The notes: generated by a model not told the origin, from the sequence alone. 62,736 nt of DNA, filler included, from Candidatus Zapsychrus exili (GCA_030765585.1; 6 parts of 6 records of this genome joined end to end with filler, not necessarily neighbours in it), one strand, 5' to 3'; positions 21,801 to 30,549 are shown, counted from the whole stretch's first letter. Numbers and translations are program-made.

Positions 21801-24716
21801 CCTATTTCCATCAGGAATAGTAATTGATAAAGCGATAAAGAACCAGTTTGTATTATTGTTTCCTCCATCAGTACAATTAAAACAAGTAATTGTATTTAAA
21901 AGTGCATCGGAATCCGACACATTTAAATAAAGCGCATCCTGCTCTCCATTAGGAAATGATACGCTCCATTTCTGACCAGAAGTCTGTGACCTTAAAACTA
22001 TCTTAATATTTGGATTATTTGCCCTTACGTCAAAATCGCCTTCAACAGTCTGTGTTGATCCTACTGCAAATGTAACTATTTTTGATGCATCTCTTATACG
22101 AAGATCATAAAATGTTGTGTCTCCTGTAACAATTGCCTCATCTACTGTATCAAACGTAACCTTGCCGTTTGAATGAGTAAATGTTCCACCTGAATTAGTC
22201 CAATCATCTGCTACTGTAAATAATAGTCCAGCTCCTGGCGCTATTATCTCTCCTGCGCTTAAAACAAAACTTGAGTTAACATCTATATTACTATTAAGCG
22301 CATTTATCGTACCTCCGTCAACAGTTAAAAGACCTGTATTAGTCATAGTGTTTGCATTTGTAGATATATCAAGCGTGCCACCTGTCACGTTTAAAGTACC
22401 TGCAATACTTAAATCACCTACAGTCTGAAATATATCAGGAGTTGCATTTTGATCATTAAACGCAAGATTATAATAGTCTGGATCACCAAAATCTTTTACA
22501 ATATGTGTATTTGCAATGCCATCATCATCTCCAAGATACGTAAATGTTCCTGAATCAATATCATAAGTTCCAAATGTCGCATTTGATTCATCACCATCTA
22601 ATTGAATATTTCCTTCATTAGAAAGTTCTCCGTCGACTATTAAATCATAACCATCTGCTGTTACAACCCCGCCTATCTCAACAATTAATTCTTCAATATT
22701 TACATTTGAATAAAGTATAGGATCACTACCTGCAACGTCAGGAATTGTTACGATATCGTCAGCGTTTGGAACCAAACCTAAATCCCAGTTACCAGGAGTA
22801 TCCCAGTTGTCAGTTAAGTCACCTTGCCAAGTAATTGTCGCAGCACCAAAAACCCAGTTAGTGTTATTTCCGCTATTAACTGAAGCACGAGCAACCAAAG
22901 TTAAACCAGACGCATTGTTGTCTGACACATCAGCATAATAAATAGACTGCAAAGCACCTGATGTTAAATTGATTGATGTTTGCGTTCCAGGATTACTACT
23001 TACTATAGATAATAATTCTCCAGAGGAACCTTGCAAATTAAGTAAACCACTTGATGCTATTGTTTGCTCTTCTCCTGCCTCAAAAGTTAGAGTCGCTGCA
23101 GTTGTTGTAACTTTGGTTAGATTATAGAAAGTTGAACTTCCAGATATGCTTTGATTTCCACCATCATTATCAAAATTAACAGTACTACTTGAATGAGTAA
23201 ATGTTCCTCCCTGATGGTCATAGTTGCCATATATTGCAAGTGTCTTTCCGCTTCCTGGTGCGGTTAATGTTCCGGATGAAATTGTTACATCACCGTTTGC
23301 ATCAATGTCTGAGCCTGTTGCAGTTAAAGTGCCACCATTAACCAAAATATCACCCTCAACTGCTAAGGTATTTCCATTTGTTGATATATCAAGCGTACCT
23401 TTTGTAACTGTTAAATCACCTAGAATAGTTAAGTCACCATTTGTTTGAATTACATCATCTGAATCTGTTAAATCAATAACTACATTGTAGAAATCGTTTG
23501 CGCCAATATCTGACATTACAAATGTATCTGGATTACCATCTCCATCACCTGTAAAGTAGAATGTACCTGAATCAGGATCGATATTATTTATATTAACCAC
23601 TTCACCGCCTTGTAAATAAACGATCCCTTCATTATCCAAAGTATCTGTTATGGTTAAATTATATCCATCTAAAGTAAAACTTGATCCAGTTACGCCACCA
23701 GCTTCTAGAGTTACATCAGTTAAAGAAATATTTGTTGTTAAAACTGGTTGATTCACAGGTCCTCCAGGAATAATGATAGAGTCCCCATCTATTGGAACCA
23801 AACCTAAACTCCAATTATATGGATTATCCCATACTGTTGACACATCGCCATCCCAAGTAACTGTAACAGAACCAAATGTCCAATTGGTATTATTTCCTGA
23901 ATCAACTGATGCTGGAGTTCTTCCAACAAGAGTTAATCCAGATGCCCAAGAATCCTGAACATCTAAATATGTCATTACCTGTAAACCATCAGTGTTAAGG
24001 TTAAGTTTTCCCTGCACACCATCAACATTACTTCTTATTTCTAATCTAGTCGTAGTGCCTGTTCCTTCTAAATTTAAAATTCCTTTTACATTTTGCTCAG
24101 CGCCAACAGAACTATCAAAAAGAATTGTCTCAGGACTTGCACCTGAAACTATCTTTGTTAAATTCCAAAATGTTGTTGAACCATTAACGTATTGACCAGA
24201 TGCTCCCTGGCCTGTTCCATTAAAAGTTACAGTTTTTGTACCATAAGCAAATGTTGCATTATTTGTCCAGTTTTTTGCAATAGTTATGTCATATCCATTT
24301 GAATCAAGTGTTCCTGCAGAATTTGTAAAACTACCATCAATATTAATATTACTATTTTGAGCGTATGCATATCCAGTGCCAGAATGAGTTAAATTATAAA
24401 ATAATTTATCTGCGCCAATACCTGACGAATAAATTAATTGTGTACCTGTTGCTTTTCTTAAATCAACTGTTCCAGTGTTTGAAGTATAAGTTCCATCTCT
24501 ATTGTCCCAATCACCAGTAACACCAACTGTACCAGTTGAAGTTTGAAGAGTACCATTTATATCAACAGTTCCAATAACTCTTAGAGTTCCTGTATTAACA
24601 TTTATGGTGGAGCCTAAAGGCAGGTTTAGTCCTTGAGAGAATGCATATTTTAAACTTACTGTAAATAAGAATAGTGATGCAAAAATAAAAATAATACTGA
24701 ATGCAAAAATAGACAT
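15801..24716 (-). CDS. Giant (~2970 aa) outer-membrane/adhesin-like protein: beta-rich repeats, Ig-like, DUF11, SdrD-B-like, FlgD-like domains, large beta-barrel region, TPR-like tail
   Basis: Signal peptide from ATG 24716 (MSIFAFSIIF...YAFS|Q); DUF11 (VKVGDVVTYTVTIEN...DRIPPGF); GKVFLDKNENGVQD; C-terminal GVGYDFTDFNDDLTDLDY...GPFVRLTGK. ORF track starts at 24821. Confidence 0.8.
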   Translation of the reverse strand: MSIFAFSIIFIFASLFLFTVSLKYAFSQGLNLPLGSTINVNTGTLRVIGTVDINGTLQTSTGTVGVTGDWDNRDGTYTSNTGTVDLRKATGTQLIYSSGIGADKLFYNLTHSGTGYAYAQNSNINIDGSFTNSAGTLDSNGYDITIAKNWTNNATFAYGTKTVTFNGTGQGASGQYVNGSTTFWNLTKIVSGASPETILFDSSVGAEQNVKGILNLEGTGTTTRLEIRSNVDGVQGKLNLNTDGLQVMTYLDVQDSWASGLTLVGRTPASVDSGNNTNWTFGSVTVTWDGDVSTVWDNPYNWSLGLVPIDGDSIIIPGGPVNQPVLTTNISLTDVTLEAGGVTGSSFTLDGYNLTITDTLDNEGIVYLQGGEVVNINNIDPDSGTFYFTGDGDGNPDTFVMSDIGANDFYNVVIDLTDSDDVIQTNGDLTILGDLTVTKGTLDISTNGNTLAVEGDILVNGGTLTATGSDIDANGDVTISSGTLTAPGSGKTLAIYGNYDHQGGTFTHSSSTVNFDNDGGNQSISGSSTFYNLTKVTTTAATLTFEAGEEQTIASSGLLNLQGSSGELLSIVSSNPGTQTSINLTSGALQSIYYADVSDNNASGLTLVARASVNSGNNTNWVFGAATITWQGDLTDNWDTPGNWDLGLVPNADDIVTIPDVAGSDPILYSNVNIEELIVEIGGVVTADGYDLIVDGELSNEGNIQLDGDESNATFGTYDIDSGTFTYLGDDDGIANTHIVKDFGDPDYYNLAFNDQNATPDIFQTVGDLSIAGTLNVTGGTLDISTNANTMTNTGLLTVDGGTINALNSNIDVNSSFVLSAGEIIAPGAGLLFTVADDWTNSGGTFTHSNGKVTFDTVDEAIVTGDTTFYDLRIRDASKIVTFAVGSTQTVEGDFDVRANNPNIKIVLRSQTSGQKWSVSFPNGEQDALYLNVSDSDALLNTITCFNCTDGGNNNTNWFFIALSITIPDGNRTIDQQPTIMGITESNYVVTVKGYVGTVLTQIGTVIADINGNFFFEVPTEFLDIGANELIPFVGILQGPTTKNLTVTATPTTDQVSIIDSHVDGDRVHGALPTFTGFGLAGESLEVVAMDELGALLYQTVGTGLVDTADSRYSVTPSPLVKAVNYIAVVINGVASDILEIKLTDPFGIAFDSFTNHPINDAIVSLYRTSDNQLATIADGDLDITDVNPVIVDSDGFYSYICADGDYYITINALGYDYPSAKTTFPSDRVIVTGSKGEVFNVASAIIEMDQPADANGNVMRVEKDANKKEVKVGDVVTYTVTIENLTTATFIDVYLEDRIPPGFKFLEGRVTLDGDQADNPLGQRPLSFYIDKMTGNQKREFKYQLVVGSGVTLGDYENIAWARYWNWQLLSNYATEHVKVVLDPLFDLGTVIGKVFLDKNENGVQDMPEYNYLDRDTYIENPVPKVRIAMEDGTVVTTDEEGRFSVPALTPGRHLFRLDERSLPDGSYLTTDKVVVVDVTPGLLVKVNFGVNLDYDRFRSEDQHFFMKDMKVSQDKSKPTPRLNVAMFTDEIPIYNDVFSEAAEFRIFANYAPFIKKWKLEIIDKDVYKTIKSFEGNNLNIHDPIYWDGLDKTGEHVRTDRNYVYLVYVEDEKGDYDETVLTPIKFNFIEDEEALKTYKLDRLTDWNKKYRQWISEELKKSNMFVQSILVEGETVTIDRLSSAKIQSVRVLKDGQIVSEVPLLAKQGFTASELLGEEIKDQRKDDKLEIILPKGDYEISVGEGAGSSEIDGARLTNGDLMLSEGFTDTKEIIGSPVNMYSKKIKVGEDYLFFVGMGDAKIGYTFNKGNIEPVQSDEKYKGGFWSEGKMAYFLQGKVLGKYLITSSFDSQREQKELFKDLDPDQYYPIYGDSSELDTEATDTQSSLYLMLEWDKSSVQWSNYEVAFDETEFAQFSRTLFGGKINFESLSTTEYGESKTKVVAFHSRVKQKAAHNEFLATGGSLYFLKHRDVIEGSDSVKVEVRDRITGLMISETEMKEGADYELDYDSGRIIFWMPVSMMIQSYSIISNDLLEGNLVYVTADYEYDTKDKTDEGSEGVRVRQAITDSVLVGATYVRESQEDSNYELKGTDLTLHLGPNATIKAEYAESESGAKGTYVSTDGGISFTDLSSSDVSHGKAYGISSDAKLFNRLGLTSYYKWIDNGFSSADSVSQQGKETVGFKGVYDLTDTSRVTVSHDIQTLLDDGNLQTQTQVGGHKTATTLMQVVHEGRKLKLTGEYQRTDIDDAVTDIVAARADYQITDGLAVSVEKQFSLQDEGAADQTTVGVVATPNDNLTLSAEQKISDSGTATILGVKADMSEKFALTGEYAIAVDSAGESVVSSAIGTEITPNEKTKITTAIGIAKTSGGDTAATLAVMGEVEPREGTKIVSELALAGAGNSRETSLKVSGESDVKFGEETTIAGEATISSSATGDNTTTLAFGGTSKIDEDTQTEAKVGVGTSAGVQTTTVMFAGTKQVSEDVQTETKIDMIETSEGSQSTTYTFGTKQKLTDELSAVSSRSFGDSSDGTHTADDTYSLVREKDGKKLEGSLSRAYSQGTEEVSESNIFGLSGDVNDKWALTGTYEKGDVKNLDGTNTERDAIALAAAYVNKDEETGEDLQSSTKIEFRKDDGEKDSQQYLLYHATEGKINSALSVFSKIELSKTRNITDGYTEAAHREFVLGGAYRPITHDRLNMLGRYTYLQDKSPGDQEDMSDIEYESSHVIAAEAIYDLTEKWQLAEKFAYRLSKEKVTGFDFTKTHTWLMIHRLNYRVDRDWTIGGEFRTLTQEEASDQKRGFLFEVARNVGEYAQLGVGYDFTDFNDDLTDLDYTTQGPFVRLTGKLYDRTPEEIERAKQRWLEEKIKKWAWVMVHQELSRKSSPILSELNEYFILAQKASEVGNLEESSQIYKDIIMAGQMMYEEAAEYIRGRVEREEKLQEMKTLADQYFKNGQYEKAKKILEKILEEAEYGMVE

Positions 24717-24938
24717 ACGTCCGCTATTACATTCGATTATTCGTCGAAAGATAAACTTACATTGAGACTGTCCCTTGAAGACTGTCCCTTTTTTATAAGA
24801 TTTTTTTAGATTAAAAAGCATTCATTTTATATTTAATATTCATATTAATAATAGTATAAATATATCTATTATATATTATATTATATATAAGACTTGATTC
24901 AATAGTTGTTTGATTTATTTTTAGGTAAGATCTTGACC

Positions 24939-25024
24939 GTAAGGGCGTCCTTTATAGGCGCCCGATTATCTTTTAATTTCATATTATTTTCGTAGAGGCT
25001 TGATTTATCAAGCCCAATTCCTAC
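24939..25024. repeat. Two GTAG/GTAA-led REP-like palindromes
   Basis: GTAAGGGCGTCCT-TTAT-AGGCGCCC and GTAGA-GGCTTGAT-TT-ATCAAGCC...CTAC. Confidence 0.55.
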
Positions 25025-25166
25025 TTTTTCCAAAAATGAATTACGCTTAAAAAGGCTGACGTGATATATCTAATTATTGATAATATATTCAAATCTTGCT
25101 CTCCGCAATTTTACATTCTTCATCAATCCTTACTTTAAAAAGAGCGTAAATGACTTTGGCTAACCC

Positions 25167-25200
25167 CGTTACTCTTGTTTTTTAAAAAACAAGAGTAACG
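25167..25200. repeat. Perfect 34-bp palindrome
   Basis: CGTTACTCTTGTTTTTT|AAAAAACAAGAGTAACG. Confidence 0.9.
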
Positions 25201-25482
25201 AGATAAAGAAGAAGCCCAATAACTTTTTATTGGGACTGTCCCGCTGTTTAGTAGACTGTCCCTATTTCATTATCATTAGGTCAACGTAAATTAAATGAAT
25301 ACATGATTTATGGTCTGTATCATAAATCATAGTGTGAATTTATCCCAACTTTACAATAGTAGATGTCAGGATCTCGACACCAAGCTTTCCTCCGTCCGCT
25401 GTAAAACAAAAAACTTACGTTTTACTACTATGTTGCATCATCTACGCTCATTTTAAAATACAAATCTCAAACAACAAACATT

Positions 25483-25615
25483 GTCATTGCGAGAAGCGAA
25501 GCGACGAAGCAATCTCAAAGCTAGATTGCCGCGCAAGCGGGAATCCATAATGAGATCCTTCGCTACCACTCGGGATAAATTTGGACTTATAACTTATGTT
25601 CGCTCGTCAAATGAC
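25483..25615. repeat. GTCATTGCGAG...GAAGCAATC-type miniature palindromic element
   Basis: Starts GTCATTGCGAG, contains CGACGAAGCAATCT..AGATTGC, ends CTCGTCAAATGAC; related partial copy at 51547. Confidence 0.7.
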
Positions 25616-25639
25616 TCGCTCCATAAATTATATCCTCAT

Positions 25640-27900
25640 TTAATTATCCGTCCTCGATATTTCATACCAAATATCTTCGGTCGCGTCATACATCAAATGT
25701 AATAAATCTCCAATTCCCATAGTAAAAGATATTCCACTATCTAAAGCTAATCCTGTTCCGTCGTCAAATTTCAATGTATTAGTATCGCTTACACCTTTTA
25801 TAATTACCATCTGTCCATCAGAACCATCTGTAATTTGTGGGTTAGCTGTAATATCAACCGCGCCACCATCACCTTGAACTTTCATAACATATTTACTAAC
25901 CGTAACACCAGTTCCAGCAACAATACTTGTATCTGCCGACGGCGTACCAGAGAATGTTCCATCAATATCTAATGTTGTTGATGGCAATGATGTACCAATA
26001 CCAACATTACCGCTACTTTTTATTACCATATTTATATCAGTTGAATCGCTATCTGATGTATAAAATCTTAAATCAGTTGGCACTTTTACACTCGCTGCGC
26101 CATTTTGTACTGCTTCTATTACTGCGCCAGTATCAAAAGTATTTCCACTATCGACACCTGTAAAACGGATATCTCCTAAAACGTCTCCATCACTAGTAGC
26201 TGAAGCAGTTCCTATTGTATCTGACCTTGAGCTTCTTAAGTATAATTGCGTCCTTGCTCCACTTGCTTCATAAGTATCAAAATAAATTGAAGTAGCTCCA
26301 CCTGTCTCTGCAACATGGAGAATTCCTTCTGGCGTTGCCGTGCCGATGCCAACTCTATCATTTGACGCGTCGATAGTAAATGTATCTGAATCAATATTTA
26401 AGGCATCAACTACATCAGCTAATGTTATTGTTGTTGCTTGAGTACTTAGATCTATTAGGGAAGTGTTGATGTCTAAAGTATCTGTCATTGAATCAAGAAC
26501 TAAAAGACCATTTGCGGTATCTATTGTTTGATCATCAGTAGAGGCTATTCTAATATTTCCAAATGTTCCGCCACCTTCTTGAATTAAAGTTCCTGTAATT
26601 GTAATATTATCAGCTGTAGCATCTCCCAGCCAAACGCTTCCGTCAACTTCTAAATTACCTGTAACATACAAATCATCCGACGAGCCTGCATTATCAAATG
26701 TTCCCATACCAATTTTAACATCTCCGCCAACAGTATGAAGAATTTCACTTGGAGCACTTGTACCAAGACCTAAATACCCTTCAGATGTAAGTCGCATAAC
26801 TTCTCTTGTTGAAGTACCTGATGGAGCTGTATGAAACGCTAAAGAACTATAAGTTCCGGCTATATCCTCTACAACACCTACTATTTTATTTTTTGTTCCT
26901 CCTGCACCTGCGCCACTTTCATCAAGATTTCCAAATAAAACCTCTGCATACACTTCTCCAATTTCCCAACCAGCAGAATCTTTCTTACCATATGCGTACA
27001 ATGTTGGCGCCATTATTGTTCCTTTAACATCAAGTTCTTCATATGGCGCCGCTGTGCCAATGCCCATATAGCCATCTGATGAAATACGCATTCTTTCTGC
27101 CGGGCTTGTGCCGCTACCAGTATAAAAAGCCAATGCATGATCATATCCAGTTGCTTGCTCCACTATAGCAGCTATTTTATTTTTTACTCCACCATTGCCT
27201 GTAGCTGAAATATCTGCGCTACCAAAAAGTATTTGTGCATAAATTGAACCAGCTATCCAGCTTTGTGAATTTTCTTTATCAAACAAGTATATAGATGGTG
27301 GACTTGACCCATCACGACCAGAATACCCTGCAATATGAAGCATCTCGATAGGAGCGCTTGTACCGATACCAACATTACCGCCATCTTCAAAAGTAATAGC
27401 AGTTGAGCCGCTGTCTGCAAAATTAAGATCTCCTTCTACATCCACTCCTAATTGCCAAGTTTCACCACCTGAATTTTCAACTATTTCAATTGCATCATGA
27501 GCTGCATCTGAAAGAATTGAAAGTGGTTCTGCTGGCGTTGCGATACCTATACCAACTCTATTATTTGACGCATCAATAGTAAGCGTATCTGAATCTATAT
27601 TTAATGCCTCGACGACATTAGCAAGTGTTATTGTTGTAGCTTGAGTGTCTAATCTTATTAGAGAAGTGTTGATGTCTAAAGTATCTGTCATCGAGTCTAT
27701 TACTAAAAGACCGTTTGCGGTATCTATTGTTTGATCATCAGTAGAGGCTATTCTAACATTTCCAAATGTTCCGCCACCTTCTTGAATTAAAGTTCCTGTA
27801 ATTGTAATATTATCAGCTGTTGCATCGCCTAACCAAACGCTACCATCTACTTCTAAATTACCAGTAACATACAAATCATCCGACGAGCCTGCATTATCAA
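25640..27900 (-). CDS. C-terminal part of a repetitive fibre/adhesin-like protein with (N/R)VGIGT..P repeats; 5' end lost at contig break
   Basis: Frame open to contig edge; about six VGIGTxxP/MGIGT/LGLGT motifs, ERMRI/EVMRL motifs; ~120-aa internal duplication. Confidence 0.8.
26335..27900. repeat. ~360-bp intragenic direct repeat (about 26335-26697 and 27538-27900; period 1203 bp)
   Basis: Long identical blocks, e.g. TTTCCAAATGTTCCGCCACCTTCTTGAATTAAAGTTCCTGTAATTGTAATATTATCAGCTGT in both copies. Confidence 0.9.
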
Positions 27901-28000
27901 NNNNNNNNNNNNNNNNNNNNNNNNNNNNNNNNNNNNNNNNNNNNTTAATTAATTAANNNNNNNNNNNNNNNNNNNNNNNNNNNNNNNNNNNNNNNNNNNN
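27901..28000. other. Artificial contig spacer
   Basis: N44-TTAATTAATTAA-N44 (stops in six frames). Confidence 0.98.
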
Positions 28001-28004
28001 ACTC

Positions 28005-29024
28005 TTAATAATTATTAATTCTGTCTTCAAACTCTTGTAAGTATTCCATTATTTCTTCAAAAGAAGGTGCTATTGAGAAAATCATTTGTTGCATAAGGCG
28101 ATAATCATGTTTTAGTGCATTAAGCCTAAACTTAAGGGGGACTAATTTTAATGTTCCTGGAACAGCAGTATTATAACTAGCCCAAGAACATTTAAAAAAA
28201 AGGCTGTTATGCTCTCGCACAGTATCAAGCAAATAAATATTAGATAATGCTTTGTCACCCAATCCAGCCTTTATCATAAGCGCTAAATCATAGTAATGAC
28301 GAGAAAATCTATCGGGAATAGCTAAATCTTTTGAGCGATGATACTGCGCATGCAAAATAGTTGCTTTTTCCCAAAATGTTCTTTCTATTTCTAAAGTTTT
28401 AATAGTACAAGACGGCCTGGAGAAATGCTCAGGAAATTCTTCTGCAGAATAAGGTTTAATTATATATTCTGAGGCTGGCCAATGATCTGACCTTGCGCCT
28501 AATTCTAGCCATATTGTAGGCTTCACATAATCTTGCGAGGGCTGCTTCATTTCTCGTGGATATACAAATAAAATTGTCTGTGGGTCTTTTTCATCAACGC
28601 TTAATTCCCAGAATACATCTTCCCCTAAAACTTTCATGAAAGATTCCTTCAATGCAGGCAAAAAAGAATCACTTATAAACGTTATGCATTTTGACTGAAT
28701 ATCATCGAGTCTTTTTCTTATTTGTTTTCCACTTAAATCTGCGGTTACATCTTTGTTTCCAGAAAAGCCTAAATCATCTCGCAATATTGATAAATCAATA
28801 TCTTCTGAGAAGCGATTGATGACATTAAAAACTTTCGAAAGAGTTGTCCCACCTTTAAAAATTATATTTAAAGGTGGATCTTTTATTGTAAATATCTTTT
28901 CAAGAGCCCAACATACCCAGAAATCTTTTTCAATAATGACAAAAGGCATATCCCCTCGCTTTGAAACCGTCTCATTAAATAATTCGTCTCGCTCTCTTTG
29001 TGCTAATCTTGCAACGCCATCCAT
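28005..29024 (-). CDS. abiEii: AbiEii-family nucleotidyltransferase toxin (type IV TA)
   Basis: IEKDFWV, FKGGTTLSK, RFSEDIDL, RTFWEK, SRHYYD; ATG 29024 overlaps upstream stop (TAATG). Confidence 0.92.
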   Translation of the reverse strand: MDGVARLAQRERDELFNETVSKRGDMPFVIIEKDFWVCWALEKIFTIKDPPLNIIFKGGTTLSKVFNVINRFSEDIDLSILRDDLGFSGNKDVTADLSGKQIRKRLDDIQSKCITFISDSFLPALKESFMKVLGEDVFWELSVDEKDPQTILFVYPREMKQPSQDYVKPTIWLELGARSDHWPASEYIIKPYSAEEFPEHFSRPSCTIKTLEIERTFWEKATILHAQYHRSKDLAIPDRFSRHYYDLALMIKAGLGDKALSNIYLLDTVREHNSLFFKCSWASYNTAVPGTLKLVPLKFRLNALKHDYRLMQQMIFSIAPSFEEIMEYLQEFEDRINNY

Positions 29025-29632
29025 TATTTGTTTTCTCCTATAATCTTGTTCACAACAGAACCTACCCACTCGGGAGCTTGTCGACTGTCTATTCTAAGAT
29101 GCTTTTTATCTTTATCTGTTAATATTTTATTTAATCTATAAATCACATCGCTATCAACTGACTGTTTGCCTAAATAACGTATAGCTTGTAAAATCAATTC
29201 AGACTTTTTTCCGCATATAGCCATATTCTTAGGAGATGCATGTCTAAAAATTAAAGACTGATTATATATTTTCAATTTACGATCTCTGCCATCAGTAAGA
29301 AAAACTATTTTGGCAGGAACCTGAGTTGATAACCCTAATTTATTAACTGCAAGTGCACCTGAAATAAGAATACGAATATTATTCTTTCTAGCAATTGCTT
29401 TGGCAACCTCCTCAATAACAGGTGATAACACTCCACCCAATTTATCATTAATTTTAGGATAATCATAAAGACCTGGCTTTAATCGACGAATTATCTCTTT
29501 TGCGGCAAGACGTGAAAGAGACTTATCTACAGATGCACGAGTCCCTAAGTCAAGGAAATCCTTGCTTGTGTATGCACGACCCCTCCCCTTGCCTCTGATT
29601 CTCTTAATTATAGTATTCTCAATGCTTTGCAT
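29024..29632 (-). CDS. abiEi: DUF6088/AbiEi-family antitoxin
   Basis: DFLDLG.RASVDKSLSRL...RRL..GLY; LGLSTQVP..FLTDG; translationally coupled to toxin. Confidence 0.88.
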   Translation of the reverse strand: MQSIENTIIKRIRGKGRGRAYTSKDFLDLGTRASVDKSLSRLAAKEIIRRLKPGLYDYPKINDKLGGVLSPVIEEVAKAIARKNNIRILISGALAVNKLGLSTQVPAKIVFLTDGRDRKLKIYNQSLIFRHASPKNMAICGKKSELILQAIRYLGKQSVDSDVIYRLNKILTDKDKKHLRIDSRQAPEWVGSVVNKIIGENK

Positions 29633-29651
29633 AATTTATCTCATTATCTTT

Positions 29652-29728
29652 TGTCAGAAAAGTATAGGTAGTTTTTCTGACATATTTACCTTTAAAAGAA
29701 GTATAATACCATTTTATAATTAATGCAA
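29652..29728 (-). promoter_or_regulatory. sigma70 promoter and inverted-repeat operator of abiE
   Basis: TTGCAT-17-TATACT (29728-29700, minus); IR TGTCAGAAAA-N11-TTTTCTGACA (29652-29682). Confidence 0.7.
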
Positions 29729-29840
29729 ATGTTTTTTAAAAGATTCTAATTTAATAGAACAGTCTCAAATTATTATAGTTAATTCAATAGATTTATGAAG
29801 TAATTAATATACAGTGCACCTAAATTAACAGACAATAAAA

Positions 29841-29884
29841 AAGCCCTCTGTAAGTCATTATACATAATGACTTACAGAGGGCTT
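29841..29884 (-). terminator. 20-bp-stem hairpin next to junction 1
   Basis: AAGCCCTCTGTAAGTCATTA-TACA-TAATGACTTACAGAGGGCTT, U-tract on the minus strand. Confidence 0.7.
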
Positions 29885-29890
29885 CAAAAA

Positions 29891-29992
29891 CTCCCCGAAC
29901 GAGAGGGAAATCCAAACTTTTCGATAATTGTTTATGTAGGGATGAATTATAAGAAAAATAGTGATCGACGGATAATTGCTTTCAACCAATAA
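29891..29992 (+). other. Junction 1 (CTCCCCG) and start-less 33-codon frame LPEREGNPNF...
   Basis: Same CTC CCC register and AAC TTT spacing as junction 3. Confidence 0.45.
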
Positions 29993-30003
29993 TAAATCTA
30001 CTC

Positions 30004-30549
30004 TTACTTTGAAAAATATTTTCTGATATCAAATCCTATTCCGCTTATATTCGGCTGCAAAATAACTCCATCCATTATTTTTCGTCCAACAGTTTTTTTC
30101 ATTTCTTTATTAATAGAAAAATCTTTCAAGATTTTCTTTTTTTTAATATCTTGAAATATCGTTTGTATCAATTTCACTACATCACTAGATGTCTCACAGC
30201 ACTTCTTCAAAGGAACTATCACTAGCTTATCATTTAATCCCTCACCATTATTACATTCTAATGATTTAAACAAATGAGGATTTAATGTTGTTATCAAAAT
30301 AGCTGGCAGCATGTCTTCACCTTCTTCTCCATTTATATGATGCCAAGACAAAATTTGACTATCAACATGAGAGCCTATCCCCTTAATAAAAATCGCATTA
30401 TTTCTAGATGCGTTATCTGCTATTAAAGAAAAATTATTCTTTATTGTTTCAGATAATGGCTCTGCCCACCCATAATCTAAAAGATATAGAAAATACTCTC
30501 TTTCTATATTTTCTGGTATTTGTTCAAGTGAATGTATCATTAACCCCAT
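30004..30549 (-). CDS. Hypothetical protein (single-gene cassette cargo)
   Basis: 181-aa ORF with GGAG SD; no motif recognised with confidence. Confidence 0.8.
   Translation of the reverse strand: MGLMIHSLEQIPENIEREYFLYLLDYGWAEPLSETIKNNFSLIADNASRNNAIFIKGIGSHVDSQILSWHHINGEEGEDMLPAILITTLNPHLFKSLECNNGEGLNDKLVIVPLKKCCETSSDVVKLIQTIFQDIKKKKILKDFSINKEMKKTVGRKIMDGVILQPNISGIGFDIRKYFSK

Noticed and set aside
913..24195. Many short plus-strand ORFs (e.g. 7263-7790, 17416-17877)
   Set aside because: Antisense shadows of long minus-strand genes; no motifs or SD
24717..24821. ORF-track N-terminal extension of the 3006-aa protein
   Set aside because: Runs through GACTGTCCC repeats; a clean signal peptide begins at ATG 24716
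25481..25702. 73-aa ORF MSLREAKRRSNL (also 51517-51714)
   Set aside because: Translation of the GTCATTGCGAG palindromic element
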